A stretch of DNA of 14,842 nucleotides from Sulfurimonadaceae bacterium (GCA_041571435.1 JBFFUI010000046.1:1-14842); one strand, 5' to 3'; shown: positions 1 to 6,561, counted from the first letter of the stretch. Notes: generated by a model not told the origin, from the sequence alone. Program-made: numbers and translations.

Positions 1-459
1 ATCAAAGTTGGCCTCTGCAATTTGTTGTGAATTATGCATGGCACAGTCAGGACAAACCCCAAAGGCACCATAGATTGTATATTCAAGCGTGCAGTTTGAA
101 CAAGTTACTTTTTCTTCTAATTCTTTTTCTGTGTAATAAGTTATAGGAGTAGGCTTACCTTTAACTGTGACACCGATTGAAATTAGCTGATTTCGGTTAG
201 GCTTCCTCTCCATTTTTTTCATGGATTTGAGTAGCTCATTAGAAAATTGATTTAGCACGACTGAGTGGGCATATTCGATTTGTTCTTTGGTCCAGAACTC
301 ATTCTGTGATCCAAAGTGTTGACAGTATGGACAATAGCAGTCACTAGAATCAGGTAAACCTGTGCCAGGTTTGATTTTAAAATACTTTTCACATTCTGGG
401 CACTCTCTGCCTAAATAGCCTTCTTCATCAGGCCTGATTTCCACTGAAACAGTTCCCAT
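1..459 (-). CDS. N-terminal part of a hypothetical multi-zinc-ribbon protein (4 CxxC motifs); runs off the left edge of the window
   Basis: Translated by hand; not in the ORF track because there is no stop in the window. ATG at 459-457, preceded by purine-rich AAGGGAAGAAAG, with 153 open codons: MGTVSVEIRPDEEGYLGRECPECEKYFKIKPGTGLPDSSDCYCPYCQHFGSQNEFWTKEQIEYAHS...EEKVTCSNCTLEYTIYGAFGVCPDCAMHNSQQIAEANFD. Motifs CPEC, CPYC, CSNC, CPDC. Confidence 0.85.
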   Translation of the reverse strand, partial: MGTVSVEIRPDEEGYLGRECPECEKYFKIKPGTGLPDSSDCYCPYCQHFGSQNEFWTKEQIEYAHSVVLNQFSNELLKSMKKMERKPNRNQLISIGVTVKGKPTPITYYTEKELEEKVTCSNCTLEYTIYGAFGVCPDCAMHNSQQIAEANFD

Positions 460-589
460 CTTTCTTCCCTTATACAGCTAACTACTTAATATCAGACATA
501 ATATAACTTTTAACCTGACAACTCCCGATATCTAACAAAAAATATGTTCTGCTATTTTAAATTATCTGTCAAGGTGCAATATTACTAGG

Positions 590-617
590 GTGTTATCGGT
601 GCCTTTGTTGATAACAC
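590..617. repeat. Inverted repeat GTGTTATC-N12-GATAACAC (hairpin or operator)
   Basis: Perfect 8-bp arms at 590-597 and 610-617, in the divergent intergenic region. Confidence 0.5.
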
Positions 618-660
618 TACTATTTTTAATGTCCACATACTGGTTTTTGGGCCAATATTT

Positions 661-713
661 GGACAAAGTGTAGGGGTATTTGCCGATTTAGACAATATCC
701 GTACATTTTGTCC
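661..713. repeat. Imperfect 53-nt inverted repeat or hairpin
   Basis: GGACAAAGTGTA (661-672) pairs with TACATTTTGTCC (702-713), with one G.T. The inner GGGTATT/AATATCC continues the stem. Confidence 0.55.
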
Positions 714-794
714 GGCTAATTGAAAGATAATTCTGGAAAGAAAAAGCATGATGTTCTCCTGTTGATGTCGAGGGCGGAAGAGCGGAAATAAAGA

Positions 795-800
795 TATAAT
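795..800 (+). promoter_or_regulatory. Sigma70-type -10 box for truD (probably a leaderless transcript)
   Basis: Perfect TATAAT ending 6 nt before ATG 807; no Shine-Dalgarno between them. Confidence 0.6.
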
Positions 801-806
801 ACGCCC

Positions 807-1955
807 ATGAAACGAAAATATATTCAAGACCATAATCCCGTAAGCTTTAGCTTCAGACCGACCCGTGAGGACTTTATCGTCGATGAGATCCCTCTTTACG
901 GCGAGGGAAAAAGCGGCAACTACCTGCATCTGCACATCAAAAAGACCGACATGTCCACACTGGAGATGATCGCCGTGCTTGAGGAACAGACCAAGTTCCA
1001 CAACATCTCCTATGCAGGGCTGAAAGACAAGTACGCGACGACCACGCAGTACATCTCGATGCCGGCATCGTACGAGAAGTACTTCGCCAAGTTCAAGCAT
1101 CCTCAGATCGAGATACTGGGCTCCTACCTGCACAAAGAGAAGCTCAACATCGGCGACCTCAAAGGGAACCGTATCAAGATCCGCCTGCGCGACGTCACGC
1201 CGGCGGCGGCCGAAAAGCTTGACAGGGTGCTTCAGGAGATCATCCGCCAGGGGATGCCGAACTACTTTGGCTACCAGCGTTTCGGGCAGGGTGAGAACCA
1301 CTTTGAAAAGGCGCAGGAGGCGGCGCACGGCAGCAAAGTGTTCAAAGACCGCCGCCTCAACAAGCTGATGAGCAATGCCTACCAGTCCTACCTCTTTAAC
1401 GATTGGCTTGTCGAACGTGTCCAGCTCTGCCGGGAGCTCGATTACATGGACATGGACGCCTTTGAGAAGAAGTGGCACCTGACGACGGACGATGTCAAGG
1501 CCATACAGGCGCAATCCTCTATTTTCAAAGTCCTGCCGGGGGACATTATGCTCGATGTCGCAACGGACAAATGGGTCAACGTCACCGATCTTGCATCGGT
1601 CAAGAAGCCCTATAAAGAGCGCAAGCTGCAGCCGACCGGGATGCTGGTCGGTAAAAAGGTCTGGCGTTCCCGTGATGCGGCAGGTGCGATAGAGAGCCGC
1701 CACGACGATGACGAGGTCATCATGGCCGGTGAACGCCGTGTCGCCTGGGTCTACCCTAAAGAGATCAAGTCGAACTACATCCAGGGCGAGAGCATCTATG
1801 AACTCTCGTTCGCCCTGCCAAAAGGGGCATACGCGACGGTGCTGCTTGAGAACCTTGCCAACAGGGATGTCGAGAGCGCGCCTGAGACGAAAACGAAGAA
1901 GAAGTTTGTGCCGCTTCGGTTCGATGATCCGGATGATGAGGATGATGACTACTAA
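807..1955 (+). CDS. truD: tRNA pseudouridine(13) synthase TruD family protein
   Basis: TruD motifs EDFIVDEIP, YAGLKDKYATTTQ (catalytic Asp74), GDLKGNR, PNYFGYQRFG, AYQSYLFN and FALPKGAYAT. Confidence 0.95.
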   Translation: MKRKYIQDHNPVSFSFRPTREDFIVDEIPLYGEGKSGNYLHLHIKKTDMSTLEMIAVLEEQTKFHNISYAGLKDKYATTTQYISMPASYEKYFAKFKHPQIEILGSYLHKEKLNIGDLKGNRIKIRLRDVTPAAAEKLDRVLQEIIRQGMPNYFGYQRFGQGENHFEKAQEAAHGSKVFKDRRLNKLMSNAYQSYLFNDWLVERVQLCRELDYMDMDAFEKKWHLTTDDVKAIQAQSSIFKVLPGDIMLDVATDKWVNVTDLASVKKPYKERKLQPTGMLVGKKVWRSRDAAGAIESRHDDDEVIMAGERRVAWVYPKEIKSNYIQGESIYELSFALPKGAYATVLLENLANRDVESAPETKTKKKFVPLRFDDPDDEDDDY

Positions 1956-2025
1956 GGAGAAAGCTTTATACTTTCAGCTTTTTTGAATTTCTATCATTTT
2001 TTGACCTAATCACTTTTATCTCATA

Positions 2026-2500
2026 CACTTTTTCCTTTTTTCACGATGCGAAATTTAGTTCCGCCCTGTGCGGCGCTTTAGCGCTGTGTCACCGCAAAAA
2101 AGGAAACGAAAAAGCTCTCGTGGACGGCTTCAATCCCGACGGCTGTCGGGTTCCTTCCTTTCACTCGCTCCATCCCTAAAAACGACAAACTCGCTGCGCT
2201 CAGACAGAGCCGTTTTTTTAACGGAACTTCGCTCACTTCAGTCAGCTCTGCAGATGCCACGAATTCCTCAATCGGTAACGCATTGATTTGATGTAAAAGC
2301 TGACGCTTTTGACTCAGTTTGGATTGTGTCGACATATAACAACTTCGTGGTACAGTTGCTGAAGCCGGAGGGGTTTAGGGGGTCAAAGTATGGATGGTTC
2401 AAAGAGTAACTGTACCCGCTTCGTACTCTCTTTTTTTCCTCAAGGTTTTTTCTCTGTACGAGCAGAGAAAAAAAGTTGAATACTAGTGCTATGAAGTAAT
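2026..2500 (+). ncRNA. Candidate large structured non-coding element, copy 1 (weak homology extends about 1957-2530)
   Basis: Homologous to 2578-3250, including a 45-nt identical block (2057-2101 = 2609-2653). Several stems covary between the copies. No credible ORF. The + strand assignment is tentative, based on G.U pairs and GNRA loops. Confidence 0.6.
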
Positions 2501-2577
2501 AAACGAAATTCAAAAGTAGACAAAGTCGAATAGAGAAGACCTGTCTCAGCGTATTGAATTTTGATACTTTCAAGACC

Positions 2578-3250
2578 ACACTCTTACTTTTTTCACGATG
2601 CAAAATTCAGTTCCGCCCTGTGCGGCGCTTTAGCGCTGTGTCACCGCAAAAAAAGTAAGCAAAAAAGCTCTCGTGACGGCTTCGCGGTCGGCGGGCTGCC
2701 GACTCCTCTCACTCCAGTCGTTTCTTCGCTAAAAACTGCCGCACCGGTGCTATGCACAACGGTTTGGCGCGTCGGCTAAAAAACGCAAAGAAATTTGCCT
2801 TTTTCTTAACGCCTTTGGCACTCCCTACGGTCAGACAGAGCCGTTTTCTTAACGTTCCTCCACTCACTGCATTCAACGCTGCAGATGCCACGAATTTCTC
2901 AAGCGGTGACGCATTGATTTGAATATCAAAGCTTACGCTTTGATCCCCGTTCGAATAGTGATAAAGGTTGAAAGTTTGTTGTGTCGCAGTGTGATCTTGG
3001 AAATTCTATTCAGGCAGTAGGAGAAGTCAATTAAGTAATGCATTGCTACATGAGGACATTAATTTCGGCAGTAGTGCCGAAATGCAAGAAGCTTTTGAGT
3101 TTTTATATGCAAAAAAGTGAATAGTGGCCGGAGGGTATCGCTTTTTTCTTTTTTGGTTACTTCTTCTTTTGAGCGAGCAAAAGATGAAATGCATGGGAGC
3201 AGCTTGGCTGCGAGTCGTAAAAAAGTAACGTACTATTGCTATAAAGTAAT
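2578..3250 (+). ncRNA. Candidate large structured non-coding element, copy 2 (weak homology extends about 2532-3280)
   Basis: Same conserved blocks in the same order as copy 1, plus inserted hairpin domains at 2737-2820, 2945-3125 and 3189-3218. The 5' arm (2653-2681) is complementary to the 3' arm (3126-3162). Confidence 0.6.
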
Positions 3251-3293
3251 TAAAAAAAGTTTGCACGCAAGGAAGTGGAACTGAATGTCAGGC

Positions 3294-3309
3294 AAGTTCA
3301 TATGAACTT
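3294..3309. repeat. Perfect 16-bp palindrome AAGTTCATATGAACTT
   Basis: Self-complementary. Lies 21 nt past the stop of the minus-strand gene 3331-3834. Confidence 0.6.
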
Positions 3310-3330
3310 AGAAGGAGGTCAAATCTTAGA

Positions 3331-3834
3331 TCAATCCTCTTCGATCATATGGTCCAGAATGTAGAGCTGGATCTCTTTGTTAGGCAGCTCTTTGTCCAGC
3401 GCTTTGCCGTAGAGACGCGACACCTGTCTGTTGTGTTTGTCATAGGCAAAGTGCGGGTAGTGGTTGTGCCATGCCTCTTTGATGGTCTTCAGGGCGACAC
3501 GGTCTATCATCCATGACTTGAAGATGGAGTAGGTCGCGAAAAAGAGACCGGTGAAGATGACGGAGAGGATGATGAGCAGATGGCAGTCGATCTTTGCAAG
3601 GATCTTGTGGAAGATAAGGCTCAGCGGCAGCAAAATAAGGTTCCATGTCACCAAAAAGACAAGGATGTTCCGTCCGGTACGGATGCGGGTACCGGGAATC
3701 TTCCCTTCAAGATTAAGACCGTCGTTGTACATCTTGTTGGCTTTTAACAGCTCGCGAAACAGCAGGGGGTCGTCATTTTTTATAAAGACATACGGGACGA
3801 TAACATTGTCGACAAAATTTAAAATCTTACTCAT
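3331..3834 (-). CDS. Hypothetical membrane protein (2 predicted TM helices)
   Basis: 167-aa ORF with hydrophobic segments NILVFLVTWNLILLPLSLIF and HLLIILSVIFTGLFFATYSIF. AAAGAGA before the ATG and a TATAAT further upstream. Confidence 0.85.
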   Translation of the reverse strand: MSKILNFVDNVIVPYVFIKNDDPLLFRELLKANKMYNDGLNLEGKIPGTRIRTGRNILVFLVTWNLILLPLSLIFHKILAKIDCHLLIILSVIFTGLFFATYSIFKSWMIDRVALKTIKEAWHNHYPHFAYDKHNRQVSRLYGKALDKELPNKEIQLYILDHMIEED

Positions 3835-3863
3835 AGCTATTCTCTTTAATCGTTAGTAGCAGT

Positions 3864-3869
3864 ATTATA
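3864..3869 (-). promoter_or_regulatory. -10 box for the gene at 3331-3834
   Basis: ATTATA on + reads TATAAT on -, about 30 nt upstream of the ATG. Confidence 0.55.
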
Positions 3870-3949
3870 CCTTTGAAATGGTAATTCTTTTTGAAAGTGC
3901 CGTAAACTTTACTAAAAGAGTAGGGTTAGTCAGAAATTTAGAGTAGTGA

Positions 3950-3958
3950 TGTTATAGT
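3950..3958 (+). promoter_or_regulatory. Possible extended -10 (TGtTATAGT) for the ThiF-family gene
   Basis: TGnTATAGT at 3950-3958, SD AGGA at 3975-3978, ATG at 3986. Confidence 0.4.
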
Positions 3959-3985
3959 ATTTGACTTAGATATGAGGATGGACCG

Positions 3986-4657
3986 ATGTTGAAATATTTC
4001 CATAGACAGGTACAGCTTTGGGGCGAAGAGACACAGCGCTCGCTGCAGGACAAACGCATTGCCATCATCGGCAGCGGCGGACTCGGAAGCTCACTCTCCT
4101 TTGCCCTGGGTGCCTCCGGTGTGGGGCATATCCACATGGTCGACTTCGACGAGGTCAGCCTGCACAACATCCACCGTCAGATCGCGTTCAAGACGGGTGA
4201 CGAGGGGAAGAACAAAGCCCGTATCAATGCACAGATCATCGAAGAGCGCTGCCCTTATGTGAAAGCGACGGCACATGAGTGCGACTTCGCCGCGTTTACG
4301 GAGAAGGGGATCGAGGTCGACCTGATCATCGATGCGACGGACAACCTGCCGACACGCGGTGCCATCAACGCCTATGCGAAGTCAGTGAACACGCCGTGGG
4401 TCTACGGGTCGGTCGAAGCCTTTAACGGGCAGGTCTGTTTTTTTGATGAAGCCTCTTTTGAGGATGTGTTCAAGATCACGCAGAAGACGCCGGCTGGGAT
4501 CGCGGCGCCGATCGTGATGCACATCGCTTCATTGCAGGCCAACCTCGCACTGCGTCATCTTGCCGGACTGCCGGTCAAAAAAGATTATCTCTACTACCTC
4601 TTTTTCAACGACGAAGGCGAACTGATCACCCAGAAGTTCGGACTGCCCAAGAGTTGA
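3986..4657 (+). CDS. HesA/MoeB/ThiF family adenylyltransferase (E1-like)
   Basis: Motifs FHRQVQLWG, IIGSGGLGS (nucleotide binding), VDFDEVSLHNIHRQ and IIDATDN. Confidence 0.92.
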   Translation: MLKYFHRQVQLWGEETQRSLQDKRIAIIGSGGLGSSLSFALGASGVGHIHMVDFDEVSLHNIHRQIAFKTGDEGKNKARINAQIIEERCPYVKATAHECDFAAFTEKGIEVDLIIDATDNLPTRGAINAYAKSVNTPWVYGSVEAFNGQVCFFDEASFEDVFKITQKTPAGIAAPIVMHIASLQANLALRHLAGLPVKKDYLYYLFFNDEGELITQKFGLPKS

Positions 4658-4665
4658 CGCTCTTC

Positions 4666-4684
4666 TGTGCGATGCGCACATTTA
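4666..4684 (+). terminator. Possible short terminator hairpin after the ThiF-family gene
   Basis: TGTGCG-ATG-CGCACA followed by TTTA, 8 nt after the stop; the U-tract is weak. Confidence 0.3.
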
Positions 4685-4740
4685 TGATAACTTTTATCCT
4701 CTCTTGACTACAATATACGACAGTCCCTATTAAAGTCCCT

Positions 4741-6561
4741 ATGATGAAACAGCTCCTCTTTTTATTGCTATTGGCCACCTCTCTTCTTGCCGGCGACTTT
4801 GTCGAAGATTTTTTCAGTGAACAGAACGCATTGCAGGCAAAACTCCAAGATCAAAATATCAGCAGCGAGTTGATGGAGGAGATCCTGCACGAAGAAGATC
4901 AGGGCTTTAAAGTCTTTTTTGTCAACTACATCGAATCCGAGAACAAAGGCAAGCGGATCGACCGGAACCCGTACCGCAGTGAGGAGTTTACATTGCAACG
5001 CCGTATTCAGGCCAACAAGCGGCTGGGCAATACGCTGGCAGCGATGCGTGATGAACTGAAACTTGCAACCCTCGCACTCAAGAAGAACATACGTGCAACG
5101 ATGTCGAGTGTTGTTAGCGCGGCAGAAAACAGCACCTTCGAGATATTTGAGCGTGAACTGGAAAAGATCGTAGTGCAGCGGCATAAAGACGAACCGCATA
5201 TCGATCTGCAAAGATTTGATGAGATCGAGAAGATTGCCGATCCTGAGCCATTGACTCAAAGTGTTCAGCAAAACCTTGACGAGTATCTCAATATTCTCAA
5301 CATACACAACACCTTGAGTGTCGAACTGATCAACTATGCACAGCAGATCTACAAAGGGCGCATGATCTCACAGTTTGGGATTCTCTCTTTGGCAGTATAT
5401 GTTAGTGATTCTACTGTTGCCAAAGCTGCAGACCCCTACCTGGCCTATCTCTATCTTAATACGACCAAAGTGATCTATATCGTCGTCATTCTGATCTTTA
5501 TCTACCTTGTTCGCAAGACCATCATATTTTTGTTGCGGCGTCTGCTCGATTTTGTGAGCAAACAAGAGGCAGATGTAGACTATATCGTTTCACAGGTCTC
5601 CCGTCCGTTTACACTGCTGATCGTTTTGGTGACATCCGACTTGATCATCGCCGTATATGCCGAACTTGGCCAATATGCGTGGATTTATACACTCTACAGT
5701 ATCAGTTATGTGTTTATGATCGCGTTTCTGTTCTATCGTTTGGGCAATGCGATCGCTGTGGTCAAACTCGAAGAGATGCAAAAGAGCAAGCATCTGCGCA
5801 ATGAGGTTGTCAACCTTGGACTGAAGATGATGAACTTTACATTGGCGTTTGTCGCCTTGATATTCGTTCTGAAACTGCTCGGCGTCAACTTGACAGCTAT
5901 TCTTTCGGGTCTTGGTATCGGTGGCGTAGCGGTTGCTTTTGCAGCCAAAGATACGATTGCCAACTTCTTCGGATCGGTCTCGATCCTGTTGAGTGACCTG
6001 TTCGAGCAGGGTGACTGGATCGCGGTTGACGGCATGGAAGGTACGGTGGTCGAGTTGGGTCTGAGGGCAACGACGATCCGGACATTTGACAACGCATTGA
6101 TCGCTATTCCGAACTTCAAACTTGCCGATAGCGGGATAAAGAACTGGAGCAGACGCACGATGGGCCGTCGGATCAAGATGAAGATCGGGGTTACCTACGA
6201 ATCGGATATGGAAAGTGTCAAAAAAGCGATCGAAGATATCAAGAAGATGCTGCTTAATCATCCGGGCATTGCGACAGAGAAGACAGAGTACATGAGCGAA
6301 GAGCGTCAGATGAGACTGGTCTCGAAAGAGGATCTAAAGGGGATCAAACGGATGGTCATGGTCTATCTTGACGAATACAACAGTTCCAGTATCGACATTA
6401 TGGTCTACTGTTTCAGTCGTTCGGTTGTATGGCATGAGTGGGTTGCGGTCAAAGAGGATGTGATGTTCAAAATCGCGGAGATACTCAAGGCAAATAATCT
6501 TACGTTTGCCTATCCTACAGTGATGATCCATCAGGCTGCTGACCAGCCTGTAGATGCATAA
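4741..6561 (+). CDS. MscS-family mechanosensitive channel with a long N-terminal periplasmic domain
   Basis: Signal peptide, then a ~190-aa helical region, several TM helices, and the MscS core: GLGIGGVAVAFAAKDTIANFFGS, GDWI, GTVVELGLRATTIRTFDN, IPNFKL, NWSRR, FAYPT. Confidence 0.93.
   Translation: MMKQLLFLLLLATSLLAGDFVEDFFSEQNALQAKLQDQNISSELMEEILHEEDQGFKVFFVNYIESENKGKRIDRNPYRSEEFTLQRRIQANKRLGNTLAAMRDELKLATLALKKNIRATMSSVVSAAENSTFEIFERELEKIVVQRHKDEPHIDLQRFDEIEKIADPEPLTQSVQQNLDEYLNILNIHNTLSVELINYAQQIYKGRMISQFGILSLAVYVSDSTVAKAADPYLAYLYLNTTKVIYIVVILIFIYLVRKTIIFLLRRLLDFVSKQEADVDYIVSQVSRPFTLLIVLVTSDLIIAVYAELGQYAWIYTLYSISYVFMIAFLFYRLGNAIAVVKLEEMQKSKHLRNEVVNLGLKMMNFTLAFVALIFVLKLLGVNLTAILSGLGIGGVAVAFAAKDTIANFFGSVSILLSDLFEQGDWIAVDGMEGTVVELGLRATTIRTFDNALIAIPNFKLADSGIKNWSRRTMGRRIKMKIGVTYESDMESVKKAIEDIKKMLLNHPGIATEKTEYMSEERQMRLVSKEDLKGIKRMVMVYLDEYNSSSIDIMVYCFSRSVVWHEWVAVKEDVMFKIAEILKANNLTFAYPTVMIHQAADQPVDA

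Larger units (their letters stand above)
1957..3280 (+). repeat. Diverged tandem direct duplication (two units)
   Basis: Shared blocks: 2057-2101/2609-2653 (45/45), 2200-2216/2831-2847 (17/17), 2248-2265/2879-2896 (18/18), 2278-2291/2909-2922 (14/14), 2364-2372/3127-3135 (9/9), 2481-2500/3231-3250 (18/20). TCAGCNTNTTGAATTT precedes both units. Confidence 0.95.

Noticed and set aside
476-617. Complete attC site
   Set aside because: No RYYYAAC/GTTRRRY pair with a complementary stem between them could be built; only the core-like motifs are reported.
585-1703. 372-aa minus-strand ORF
   Set aside because: Antisense shadow of truD, which has all the family motifs; the ORF has no recognisable domain.
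2068-3266. Short ORFs of 60-111 aa across the repeat region (2068, 2078, 2268, 2561, 2709, 3027)
   Set aside because: No RBS and inconsistent starts and lengths between the two copies. Substitutions preserve base pairs rather than codons, and the peptide similarity is a by-product of the DNA repeat.
1957-3280. CRISPR array, autonomous IS, or tRNA/rRNA/tmRNA/RNase P interpretation of the repeats
   Set aside because: Only two long units with no regular repeat-spacer period, no cas or transposase ORF, no cloverleaf, and none of the diagnostic sequences of those RNAs recognised.
4768-6531. Several minus-strand ORFs (179, 223, 147 aa and others)
   Set aside because: Antisense shadows of the MscS gene.
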